The notes under the pieces: model-generated
Database searches by the model: none
What the model was told of the DNA's origin: nothing
What the model saw: the letters and a program-made list of their open reading frames with translations, nothing else
Shown here: piece by piece, positions 40,671 to 52,782 of the stretch
Numbering within the stretch: position 1 is the stretch's first letter
Layout of the letters: the number at the start of each line of letters is the position of its first letter
Position numbers and translations under genes: made by a program
DNA from: Ginglymostoma cirratum
Taxonomy: Eukaryota
Assembly (NCBI GenBank): GCA_024137785.1
Contig: JAHRHZ010000098.1
Coordinates: 24,048,498-24,112,497, forward strand
DNA length: 64,000 bases
Reading direction: 5' to 3'

Positions 40671-41573
40671 CACGCAATGGTTGTATTAACACAACATTTA
40701 AAACTTTCCACAACACCATAGTTTCTGTATATACTTTAAAATTTGTTTTTTGCATTTAGTTTTGTAAATACAAGATGGAATCTTATAGGGATCTGAGTGA
40801 CGTGGCCCACGGCTAGAAGTTTGACAGAATCAGGCAATAAGTTCAACGAGGGCCAGCTCAACATTGAGATCATCTTGTTCACTTTTGTCAATCGGCGACG
40901 TGAGATTCTCACCAGACAGTGGGCATGATTACAATTGATGCGAGCTACTGATTTTTAAACGTTGTGTTAATGCCACAACTCACCTCATTAATAACAGACT
41001 CCCACCTTACCAAACAAGTTAGACATTAAGAAAACTTGACAAGGAAGCAAATGTATGCATTCATCTCCAAATTGGGCACCAGCCAACAATTTCTCAGAGC
41101 ATGAGCTGAATGCACTCTTCCTCCATGGTTATTGCAATCGGTCATCTGCCATCCCACCATCTCAATCCTGGCACACCTACTTTGCATTGGCAGTGTGCAC
41201 TTGGACATTGTAGGGCATACCAAGCAGTGGCATTGAAAGAATGTAGCAGGGACGATTGTGCACAGGGAGAGGCATCCAGCTTGCAGACTAGACTAGGCTT
41301 GCATACTCTCTTAGTGTTCACTCATTTAGCACATACCTGCTTGCTCATAGCACCCCTGCCTTGAGTAATCTTGCCTTGCCAGTTGATGCCATCACAGAAA
41401 CTGGCAGGGAAGCATCCCCTTAGACTAATGGGTACACATTTTGCTCTATGGCAGCTTGCTTTCTGCACAGACCTCCATCCATTACAGTGTCTGGGTAGCC
41501 ATGAGCAGCTGCTGTTGAGCACCTGCACAGGGAGAGTCAGAATGAATTGAATGAAAGTTAAAGTCATTGACAT

Positions 41574-41798
41574 CTATGCACACTGTTCTACACTGTCTAT
41601 GCAGACTGTTCTACACTGTCTATGCACACTGTTCTACACTGGCTATACAGACTGTTCTACACTGTCTATGCACACTGTTCTACACTGTCTATGCAGACTG
41701 TTCTACACTGTCTATGCACACTGTTCTACACTGTCTATGCGGACTGTTCTACACTGTCTATGCACACTGTTCTACACTGTCTATGCAGACTGTTCTAC
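41574..41798. repeat. 23-bp minisatellite, ~10 units, forming a 46-bp higher-order repeat
   Basis: CTATGCA[C/G]ACTGTTCTACACTGT every 23 bp from 41574 to 41781, with strict C/G alternation. Confidence 0.95.
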
Positions 41799-41804
41799 TT
41801 ACAA

Positions 41805-42306
41805 AATACCCGCGATAGGAAGAATGTTGTGAAACTTGAAAGGCTTAAGAAAAGATTTACAAGGATATTGCTAGGGATGGAGGGTTTGAGATATAAGGAG
41901 AAGCTGAGTAGTCTGGGGCATAGAAGGCTGATGGGTGAGGTTATAGAAGTTTAAAAAATCATAAGGGGCATGGATAGAGTGAGTAGCCAAGGTCTTTTCC
42001 CCAGGGTGTGGCAGGCCAAAACTAGAGTGCATGGGTTTAAGGGGTGAGGGGAAAGATTTAAAAAAGGGACCCAAGATGTGACATTTTCACGTGGAGAGTG
42101 GTGTGTTATTGGAATGAGCTGCCAGAGGAAGGGTGGAGGCTGGTACAATTACTTCTAAAAAGCATCTGGATGGGTATGTGAATAGGAATGGTTTAGAGCA
42201 ATATGGGTCAAATGCTGGAAGATAGGACTAGATTAGTTTACGATATCTGGTCAGCATAGACAAGTTGGATCAAAGGGTCTATTACAACTCTATGACTCTA
42301 TGACTC
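41805..42306 (+). mobile_element. CR1 LINE 3' fragment
   Basis: RKNVVKLERLKKRFTRILLGMEGLRYKEKL, with a (CTCTATGA)n tail. Confidence 0.9.
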
Positions 42307-42399
42307 CATATCTTCTCACCCATGCCACTAAAGTGCCTTAAATACGTTTTCTTCTTTTTATTCCTCCCTCTACATCTCAGTGCACTCCCTGGTTCTGCA

Positions 42400-43890
42400 G
42401 CTGGGATGGAAGACAAGGATCACTTTGGCACTAGAGCAGTGGCCCCAGGACAGGCCAGATGATTTTTTTTTTGCAAGAGAATGTTAGACCTTCCTTGGCT
42501 TGAACATCCAAGGGTTGTGAGGGGTGGGGGGTGGTAGGCAGATGGAGATGGAGGGTCTGCCTGAATGGAAACCACCCATGGACCAGTGTGTAGTTTCAGT
42601 TCCAGCAGAGTCCCTCATGGAACTGCCCTGCCTCTTTTGAGCACCTGGTGTCAAGGTTCCCCATGTGCCTGTCACCCTGCCTTTGGCCCTAAGTTTGGAG
42701 CAATGGAGTGCTGGTATATGTGGGCCTTTCCAGTGAACTCTCAGCGTGCTGGACCTGGCTCTCTATAGCAGGCACCAACCTGTCCGTAGAGATGGGCAGA
42801 CTGTCAGTCTGTCCTGCTATCCCACCCTGTGCATGTGACTGTTATAACCACAGGGTCATATCCTGCTTGAGGTGGAGAAGGTGCTGGGCCACTGACAGTC
42901 CTCCAAGTGACCTGGGGTGTTTTTCCCTTTGTCAAGCTGTGAAGCTGTTGCAGGGATCACCTCACTGCATTGTGTTTGCACATTTTCTAAACTTAACCTT
43001 CCCACCGAGGTGGCAGCATCATGGCTGTTGGGGGCTGTAGGAGACTGTCTTCCTAATGTTTCCTACAGCACCACATTGCTATCAAACTAAGGGATCCAGG
43101 AGGCAGGTTTCTCCACAGACGGCATGGAAAGGCTTGTAGAACCTGCAAGAAGCAGGAGAGAGAAGGTATTATGGCCAGCAGCTGGAAGTGGTGCTCAATG
43201 ATTCAGAGTGAGAGCAGTGTTAGTGAAGAATAATAGTGTGCTGCATGGTACTTACTCACCTGGCTGTCTTGAAATCCCTGCAGGTGCAGACTCAGTCTTC
43301 TCCTGTGAGGGTCAGTATTCTCTCCTGTAGGGCTGAAGATATGGGATGTTGGACATCTTTCTCCTGGAATGAGGAAATGTAGGGGGTAGTGAACGTCATG
43401 ACAACAGGTGGTATGGCTGTTAGTCCTGGTGCATGTGGTGGAAAGGTGGGGACAGTTCCGAGGGGCTGAGGAGGTGGTATGAAGACCATGCAGGGTTTGC
43501 GTGTGACAGGGGACAGCAAGTGATGGAATGTGTTGTAGGCAATAGTGAGTATGGTGTGGGGTATGAGCCTTGGTCAGAAATGGGTGCAGTAGCAGAGATA
43601 GAGTGAGTGTGAGGTGGCAGAGAGACAAGTGTGGTACTTAGTCTGACAGAGTGGTGAAGACCATTAACCTTATTTTGCATTGTTTGATGTTCATCCATAT
43701 CCTGAAAGAGCACTGATCCTAGTGGTGATCTGGGATCCAGCTGGCAGGCTCTGGTGGCATGGCCCTTCTGCTGATTCTCCAGGAAGGGGACACCTCCCCA
43801 TTGCACCTCCCATCACTAGGACCTCCAGGTCCCTGTTGGAGAAACACAATGCCATTTCCCCTCCTTCCTTACCATGTTCCAAATCTGTCC
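42400..43890 (-). mobile_element. Fourth Harbinger-type Myb/SANT gene remnant, retaining splice sites
   Basis: Exon 1 reads ALCFSNRDLEVLV...KVNGL. Exon 43363-43260 is bounded by ttccag|GAGAAA and CAG|gtgagt and contains ERILTLTGED. The next acceptor is cttcttgcag| at 43143. Confidence 0.65.
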
Positions 43891-43974
43891 ATTAACGAGC
43901 AAGGCAGCTTCAGAATGTCAATGCTTGTCTGGGTGCACAGAAGATTATGGAGTGGAATCATTTCTCTTGGTCTT

Positions 43975-45460
43975 TAATATTTTTCTAGCATTTTGTCCAG
44001 AGTCAGGAAATATTTCAGTGAAGTTTTTTTTAATTGGAGGACCACGGACCTAATTTCAGTTTTAATGCAGTCTCAGCACTGACCATGTGTGCTAAGTCTT
44101 TGTCATTTGCCAGCAGTTCATGTCAGTTTTGATATCTGTAAGGCGTCTTAAGTTGAGCAACGACACATTGACAGCTCATTGCACACTTCATTCCTTGAGT
44201 AAAGAAAAGTGACAACCTCAGGCATTAGATCTAGAAATCTTTGCAGGTCCTTCTCTCCACTTATCTACCTCACAGCTGTGTGAAAGATTAGTTCACCATA
44301 GGCAGCATTGAGTTTGTCCAGCAAGGATTCAACAAAACAGTGCTGAAGGGCTCTTGGAGACACTAAAGGCTGCAGATGCTGGAAGCCAGAGGCAATAGAC
44401 ATGAAGCTTGAAAAGCACAGCAGGTCAGACAGCATCCGAGGAAAAGGAAAATCAACATTTTGGGCCGAAACAGCTCTGACAAAGGGTTTTGGCCCGAAAC
44501 GTTGACTTTCCTCCTCATCAGTTGCTGTCTGACCTGCTATGCTTTTCCAGCATCACATCTATTGATCCTGAAGGGCTCTTATTTGAATTAAGTTTACAAT
44601 CTTCTCATTACATAAGAAAAGTGCAGACTTTTACTCGCTAATGTTTGCTGGTGGATTATACAGTGGCAATTGTCAAAAGAGAGAAAAATCAGGATTGTAT
44701 CTGTAAAATGCATCAAAGGCCATACCTTTACCAAGCATGGTTGGGGAACTACCAGTTATGATGGAACTTAGCTTCTTGATTGGAATGTTTTTCTTAAGCA
44801 AGTGCCTTTTGTATTCACAGCAGAGATCCTCACCCCTTGTTCTTTCGAAAGGACAAAAGGGTGAGAAGAACCTCTTTGGATTTTATATCCTCAAAAACTG
44901 CAAAAATTAATCAGCTGGCTTTTTCGGTGACAATGATGAACTCAAATTTCAGTGAGAAGCTTTCCCAGTTCTTCAGATCCTGCTGTGGTTACTGAAAGAT
45001 ATCTTCAAACAAAGATTCAACACGTCTTGCTTCTGTGGAAGTACCAAGTGACATGTTTTAGTTTGCTGTTATCATTTCTTTTTTGTTTGTAAAGTCTTTC
45101 ATTAAAGTGCCAATGGCCACGGTTGTTGCTTCTTTAATAAATTTACCATTCGCGAATGATTCCTTGAATTTTGTCAGAAGATGGTAAATGTGAAATAACA
45201 TTTCGGTGCAGGCCTGACCTTTTGCTGCTGTTTAGAAACAAATGATTGCTGAGTTTTCAAAATGGCCTTCATCAACTTCCTTTGTCTGAAGCAGACAATT
45301 CAAGAGAAAACTATCCTTGAAATTCCTGTGCATCATTGTGTTCCAAATTCTGCTGTTAACTTAGCGATATAATTTGGTGACAAACAAGGCAAATGCTTTT
45401 AGCTTTTATAGTTATGAGCAGAAACTCATTTCCCCGTTCCACGTGGAAGGTTTTTTTAGG
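43975..45460 (-). pseudogene. Decayed hAT transposase (SPIN/GTF2IRD2/EPM2AIP1-like)
   Basis: FHVERGNEFLLITIKAKSICLVCHQ; FANGKFIKE; HCIIHQQTL; YGELIFHTAVR*ISGEKDLQRF (resembling VRWLSRG). Multiple stops and frameshifts. Confidence 0.85.
44356..44567. mobile_element. Fold-back PLE-derived element inside the hAT gene, 13-bp TSD
   Basis: CTGAAGGGCTCTT at 44343-44355 and 44568-44580. Inverted arms of ~80 bp, with CTGACAAAGGGTTTTGGCCCGAAACGTTG near the centre. Confidence 0.9.
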
Positions 45461-46099
45461 TGGTCCAGGTTCATCACTCAACATTGTCGTGGCGTCTTGT
45501 GATTTGCAATATTACTCTGCCCCTGGACATTCTGCAGAGTGGCCTCTGGAGCATCCTGGCTGTTACTACTCTCAAGCCTGGAGGCGCAGGAGGTCAATTC
45601 TGGGTTCAGATTGTATTTCAAAGGCTCTTGGTCACCTTGTATCATTTGTAGATCGGACATGGGTCTTGGCAGCATTCACATTATTTTTCTTTATTTTGCA
45701 TGGAATTATTAGATAAGCAGCTGAAGAAAAGAAAACACTGCAGGTCTGCAGAGAAAGGGCAGAGAAGTGGGGCTGGCCACACTGCTCTTGCTAAGGGTCT
45801 GCATGGACATGATAGCCTGAATAGCTTCCTACCTATGCCTTGAATTATGATATAGTGGCTTCACACATCTGATCCTAGTATATTTCTTATTGTTCTAATT
45901 CATTTGGTTGCATTTCCATCATAAAACATACTTTCCCCTGCAATCATAATTCATCTGGATCAAATGGAAATAAGTGATGCATCTAGCTGGCAAAGCCCGT
46001 TAAAAGCTTTCACTTTACTCCAGTCGCATAGCATCCGGAGGTGGAAGTCATTCAGCATCTTTACGATCAATGTGTGTGGCAAGGGAATGTGGGCAGTAA

Positions 46100-46700
46100 G
46101 GTTGGCTATCAGAGATGTGCCTGCTGAGGGAATATGAACAGATTGAAGAGTCTCCAACAGTTGATCGCACAATTGACCTATCTGCACAATCCACATATTG
46201 GAGAGTATGGCTTGAAGAATTGCAACTGAGCATGTGCATAAGGAGATCCTTCATAGTGCCGTCAGAACACACAGAACTAGGACTGTGTCTGCAAAATTTC
46301 AGAGATCTCCCCTTTACCCTCCCACTTAGATAGTTACGTTCAATAAAAGCTGTTGATGTTTGCTCACTTGATCTGCAGACCTGATCATATTTCATGGTGA
46401 TAAAAGGTGACCAGACCCTCTGAACAACAGGCAAGTGGCAAGTGGAGCGCCTGAAGTGAAACCCAGTGGTAATACAGTGTTGAGAGTGAAGGATGAGGCC
46501 AAGCCAGGCATCTAGCCACAAAACTGGTGAAAAGGCATGAAGAGCAGTCCACCTGCAGTATGGTGCTATGGGAGACCCAGCAAGATTGACCCAGTTATCG
46601 ATCGAAGAACTGAAACTGCAGAAGAGAAGAAAACCCATGCAACATTCCAAAAGGGTCAGAAAACAATGTTTTGACCACCACAACTCAGCACTGAAAATAC
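46100..46700 (+). mobile_element. Decayed LTR-retroelement integrase fragment
   Basis: Ordered remnants across frameshifts: YWR..EHV, PFTLPLR..SIKAVDV, RPDHI/HGDK (resembling GxPxxIHSDxG) and GKWQVERLK (resembling NGQVERxN). Confidence 0.4.
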
Positions 46701-47261
46701 CTAATGAACTAAAAGGTCTTGCATTCAGTAGAACTCCTGGACCATGTAGAGGACCCTAACCAGACAGTTCACTGGTTTAATGGACACCTGTTAGTTAGCA
46801 GTTACTGCACTACCTGAAGCCTTGATCAAAAAATTTGGACTTAGTTAGTGCACCATTGTACTTGATCTATACAAGCATTGACACCATTCTCATCAGACAG
46901 GGCATAGAAGAAACTAAATAAAATGTTATTAAAGCCTTCCACTCCTGTTTTGGATTATGTGATAACATGATATACCAGGCAAAGCTTAATTGGTGCGAGC
47001 AGGAGCCATGAGAAACAATTGATTCCTCTATAAATGATTTGTGTTGGCTTGCTGATATTTGTCAGAATGGAACTGTTATGATCCAAGATCATATCGTCAA
47101 ATTAATGTTACGCTCTGTATTGGGAGCAGTAACCTTTATTTGAAAGTAGACAACAAGTGAGATCTGCACTATTTACTCTGGGAATAAAGTCACTAGATTC
47201 CATTGTTTTGAACAAATTATCGTAAACTTTACTATAAAAGGTAGAATAATTATACAATCTA

Positions 47262-48177
47262 GAGATGGTCCAGGTGAACTTCAGGTTGGGGTGGAAGGTG
47301 TTGGTAAAGTGGATGCTCTTGTCCGCTCCACACTCCCCGCCAGCCCCACCACACCCGGCACTTTTCCCTGCAACCGCAGGAAGTGCTACACCTGCCCCCA
47401 TACCTCCTCCCTCACCCCAATCCCAGGCCCCAAGAAGACTTTCCACATCAAGCAGATGTTCACCTGCACATCTGCCAATGTGGTATACTGCATCCGCTGT
47501 ACCCGTTGTGGCCTCCTCTACATCGGGGAAGCCAAGCGGAGGCTTGGGGACCGCTTTGCAGAACACCTGCGCTCGGTTCGCAACAAACAACTGCACCTCC
47601 CAGTCGTGAACCATTTCAACCGCCCCTCCCATTCCTCAGACGACATGTCCATCCTGGGCCTCCTGAAGTGCCACAGTGATGCCACCCGAAGGCTGCAGGA
47701 ACAGCAAATCATATTCAGCCTGGGAACCCTGCAACCCAATGGCATCAATGTGGATTTCACAAGCTTCAGAATCTCCCCTCCCCCAACCGCATCCCAAAAC
47801 CAGCCCAGCTCATCTCCACCTCCCTAACCTGTTTTTCCTCTCACCTCAAGCCACACCCCCATCTCCTATCTACTAACATCATCCCGCCACCTTGACCTGT
47901 CCGTCCTCCCTGGACTGACCTATCTCCTCCCTACCCCCTACCTACACTCACCTTTACTGGCTCCATCCCCGCCTCTTCGACTTGTCTGCCTCCTCTCCAC
48001 CTATCCTCTCCTCTATCCATCCTCTATCCGCCTCCCCCTCTCTCCCTATTTATTTCAGAACCCTCTTCCCCTCCCCCATTTCGGATGAAGGGTCTAGGCC
48101 CGAAACGTCAAGCTTTCCTGCTGCTATGATGCTGTTTGGCCTGCTATGTTCATCCAGCCCCACGCCTTGTTATCTTG
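47262..48177 (+). mobile_element. Young Penelope-like element: GIY-YIG endonuclease, 3' region and hammerhead-bearing end, with an inverted 5' piece
   Basis: ORF 47291-47827 reads PCNRRKCYTC...NVVYCIRCTRCGLLYIGEAKRRLGDRFAEH...GINVDF. Bases 47262-47311 encode RT-region IHFTNTFHPNLKFTWTI on the minus strand. CGGATGAAGGGTCTAGGCCCGAAACGTC is at 48082. Confidence 0.95.
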
Positions 48178-48549
48178 GTTTAAGGTAGTGCTATTTGTCT
48201 CCCAATGCACAGTGTAGGCTATAGCACAGTCATGAAGAGAGCAAACCAGAAATCAAATTAGCACATACCTACTTTGCTGAATTAAATAGGGAACACATCA
48301 GTTCCTATGCGGATGAAGGGATAATGAAAGGGGTGGTGTATATAATCAAAATGCTCAAGGCAGTAGCAGCAGAAGCTGGCTGGCGACCTGGAAGCCATGA
48401 TGTTCCGAAGGCCATGGGACAGAATAGGGACAAGCCCCAAATTGCACTAACTAAACTGGGGAAACACAGTCGCTCCCTCAACAAGACTGCTCTGGCAAAC
48501 ACACAAAAGATAGTTCAAATGCTACTAATAATGCCCAGGCATTCAAACT

Positions 48550-50950
48550 GGTGTGCAATATCCAGTTGAGGAAACAGATAGAAAAATGCTGAAATGGGAG
48601 TAGTAGAGGTTGATGTAGATATAGTCAAAGTGTAGCAGGTGGAATCCTTCTTTTCAGAGATTAAAAGGTGCATTGAGTGTTCCTAGGTCTAATTGGAGAA
48701 CTGAACATGAAGGAAGCTGCTGCCCTGGCTAACCAAAACCCTCTTTCCAAATTTAGAGGGAGGTCAGGCAAGTTCCCAAATAGGCCCATGGTTGGTGAAG
48801 AAGTCACTTTGGATTTAAATGAGCTGTAACCCACACCCTTGCTCGATGAGCAGGAGGCCTAGCTAACTGAAACATTCTTCCTGAATTTGAGAGGGGAAGC
48901 AGGAATATTCCCAAACAGATTCAAATAGTTGCTACTTCAAATAGGAAGCTACTTAAAAGAGCCACAGGGCAGGGCAGCAGAAACTGACCAGTCCTCTGAA
49001 TAAGTGTCCCAAAAAAGTATGGGAAGAACAAGGACACAGAAAGATTCCAAACCAGTTTTAATCAGTAAAACTTTAAAGGAAAGAAGCTCACATGCATGTT
49101 GGGTACACAGGGGGTCTGGTCGGCAAATGTGATCTTTCCAAATGTAATGGGAGACCAGGGAAATTTCCAGATAGGCAACAGATGGTGAGGGAGATGCCCC
49201 ACCTATTGGAAGAGCAGCATGGCATTATAACAATAGCTGAGGCAAGTAGTGTCCAAATAAATATGGATCAAGTTGTGGGCCAGACCCTCCCTAAGGCAGC
49301 AGAATGGGGAAGCATCATATCCCAAAGTCCTACTGCATAAGTGACTGCCAAAGGAAAAGACCAAGAACAGACAAGACAGAATTAAACATGAAACCTAGTC
49401 AATTGTGTTTGCCAGATTATAGACACATCTAAATGTAGCCAGGAAGATGTTGAGCTCAAGGGCCTGTTTTGATGCTGTCAGAACTCTGACTCTAAAGACA
49501 AACTGGATGACTCTCCAGTTGAATTCTCCACTGCCAGGAATGCATGCACTAGAAGCTCAGAACCAAATGGTTTGATAATGTAGCTTAACAATGAGTAATG
49601 GGAGAACCTGACTATCCTGATCAACTATTTAGAGAAATCCACAGACGTCAGTTGGGACATACCTCACTAACTGTCCATGATGTGGATATTGGAAAACCCA
49701 CCAGTACATCAGAATGCTGACACACTGGCAGATGTCAGGCAGGTAATCCAGCAATCCAGTGCAACTGGGAGACTCCTGGCCCAATGCAGTGGATGGGCGG
49801 AAACTGGATGGAGCGAAATGCTTCTACAATTACTAATGGAAATTAAATGCAGTAGCCAGAACCAATTCCTTTGTAATTTCACGCAGTGAGAATTGGATAG
49901 ACAAGGTGGGCATCCCTGCCTCCCTCAGTAAATTTGAGCCTTGAAGAAAGTACTGGGAATTCCCTTGATGCCCAGAGCGAGAGAAACCTCAATCTTTGTC
50001 AGCCTAGACAACCCAGACTAGAGTAAGGAGCCACTGTTTGGCTTTTCAATGCTTCCAGAAGCTTGACAAGACCAGGTAGCAGCTGAACTCAGCAACTGTG
50101 CAGTGTACCTCAATAACTCAATAACCTGGAGTGACCGCAGACCATAATCCTTAAAACGCATTCTGGAAAGAAGAGGATTGAAGTGACCAAAGACGCATTG
50201 TTCCCCTGGAGTTGGCCGTTGTAGCCCTTTAATCTAAAAATCACTCATGCTGATGGACAGAACAATGGCACTGTTGAAGCCTTATCCAGAGTGTAAATCC
50301 CCACAATGCGACAGAACTGAAGATGCTGACTTTCAAGTGTGAATGGAATGAAGACCTCATTTTTCTTTCTTTCTTTTGGCAGAGAATATGCAAAAAAGTT
50401 GAAATTGAATTTACTCTTTTCTCATGAAGGCTGAAGGAGTGTCAGGTACATGATATATGAAAGAGATCAAGAATGGTTTTAACAGCTATCCTTTTTTTAA
50501 TGGACATTGATGGACTAAAACATGGCTTTCACTGATCGCATGATTCAAGTTGACAACAGTTACTTAAAAAGCTCTAATCAACAATTACCAGAAATACTCG
50601 ACCTGTGTGTGCCTCACTGCCCAGAGTGTACTGATACAAAACATTGACTCTGATTGCCCCAAGATGCTGGACTGAGGGCAGATCCTACCCTTGACTCATA
50701 GTGAAGGCTTCTCAAACTGACGATTATCCCTGTGATTTAATTGAGGACTACTCCCTTCTTGTGTTTGCCACATAAGCTGCTGGCACATGGTGTATGTGTG
50801 ACATTGAAGTAGCACAGTGCCATACAGCAACATGTTCATTGCCTTGACTGATCAGTGCTTACAACCATGACAAGCTCCTGGCTTTACGACTGCACTAAAC
50901 TGCACACCAAAAGAGAACTACTGTGAACCTTTCAGTTGTGAATGAAGCAG
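48550..50950 (+). mobile_element. Heavily decayed LTR-retroelement region with an RT remnant
   Basis: At 50031-50185: PLFGF..PE..VAAELSNCAVYLNNSITWS..LKRILERRGLK, resembling PFGLxNAP...CxVYLDD. Boundaries are uncertain. Confidence 0.45.
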
Positions 50951-52782
50951 CAAAACACAAAGAGACAAGGTAGAGATGGTATGAGCATCTAAGTAGGCAC
51001 AAATTGCATGAGAGCTAAGAAAGCAAATGAAAAGCCTTGAGGCAATCTCTATGCATAGAGCATACACTGAGATGTTTGGGATTGCCTTCATGACAGGAGC
51101 TGTAGCTACCTAGCTTCTCTCTAGTGCACTGGAGAATAGAAAGTTGAACATAAATTAGGCAAAATATTTATGCAAGCAAAAAGCCTCTCACTATTGCAAA
51201 TCTCTACGCACCCTTCAAGACTTGGGTGGAAAATTGGACATCTTTCCCCAACGTCAACAACCTAATTTTTCCAAATACACAACATTTAACTGCAATGATT
51301 CAAAAAGGCAGCTCCATCACCTTCTGAATTGTAGTCAGGTTTGGGAAACAAAACCTGGCTTACATAGCAACTCCCAAATCCCGTGAATGAATAAAAAAAA
51401 GCACTTTCATTTCTGTCTAACCTACAGTGCACCTAAACTGGTAATGCCAGATGTTGACATGATAGTGACCAAAATATATTTCTCTGGCTCTGACATTTCC
51501 CAAGATCAGTATGATAAATGAAAATACAATGATTCAAAGGATGAAAGATCACATCAATGTCCTTCGGCTGAAGACAGTTTCATGGAGACAACTTAGACTG
51601 GACAGTGACCTTTCATCTGGAATTTGGATTCAAATTAAATTGGGTAAAATTGATGGAGGTGTCAACTGCAATGCTCTATAAATGAGCATGTGACTATTAT
51701 ACATTCAAACCTGAGTTCTTGTCAGGAGCTGTTAAAACATTTCGGATGAATGGCATATAGGACCCTCTTGTCAGTCAGTAAGTGAACCACATGGGATCTT
51801 GGTGATGAATTAAAAACTGGATTTCCCTGTTGCCTATTGATCCTGTGCTGTTGTCACTCACTGTCACACCTACCTTCAACATAAATATGAAAGAAATGGT
51901 TTTGAAAAATAAGCTTAAGACAGAGAGTTGACAGGTGGCTCTTATTAAATGTGTTATGTTTTCTTACAATGATACAAAAGCTGTCACCAGAGTCCACAGG
52001 AGACATATGGCTGTAATTCATTGCTGCACAATGAAGGAAGCCTGAGTATTAGTCGTTATCTTTCTTGTGAGAGAGAATTGCCAGAAAAAAGTCATAAACT
52101 TACAAAAGTTAATGGTACCAGACTACTAGAACTGAGATTTCCCTGCCAGAGAGATTATTTGATTATTCTATAGAACAAGAATAACGCAGGAAAAGAGACT
52201 GATAGAGAAACAGGTAACAAGGATAGAGAGAGACAAGAAACATAGCTCAATGGAAGCTAAACTTTCCAATTAGCTCAGTGTGACTGGAACACATGGACTG
52301 CATTATGTGAACCTTTCAGAAATGTCAAGCCTTATTAAGACTTGTTCAATAATTGTCTGAAGTTCCCAATCAAGTGACTCAGGTATGCTGAGTGCCTCTG
52401 ACAAGTTGAACAACTTGGACCTAGTGCCTTTGTGCTTTATAAAATGGAATCATTATTATTGAACAGGATAACTTCTTTTGCGCGACTTTTTTTTTCAAAC
52501 TGTGACCATTTATCACAAAGTCTCCATGATTTAAGGCAATATTTTCCAGCTTAGGCCACAGTCAAAAATAAAGACTCTGGAAAGATGTATTCTTTAGATG
52601 TCTCCGCCCTTTGAGAAGATGAAACACGATTTGAAAAATTTTTCATCACAAAATATGTCAGACACACACATACACCACAACATAAGACATACAGCTTTTC
52701 ATTCTTCCTTGCCCTTTAAACCTTATTAAACAATCTTTCAGCATTAATTAAACCTGAACTTATTTCATCACTTTACCATCTG

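Noticed and set aside
41574-41798. CRISPR-like array
   Set aside because: The units are contiguous with no unique spacers, and the context is eukaryotic with no cas genes.
41551-41954. Cys/His-rich repetitive ORFs resembling zinc fingers
   Set aside because: They are translations of the 23-bp minisatellite in all three frames.
43975-45460. Domesticated hAT-derived host gene (GTF2IRD2/ZBED-like)
   Set aside because: Multiple stops and frameshifts plus a TE insertion indicate a dead transposon copy.
46048-46683. 211-aa minus-strand ORF
   Set aside because: No recognisable domain, and it lies antisense to decayed integrase remnants.
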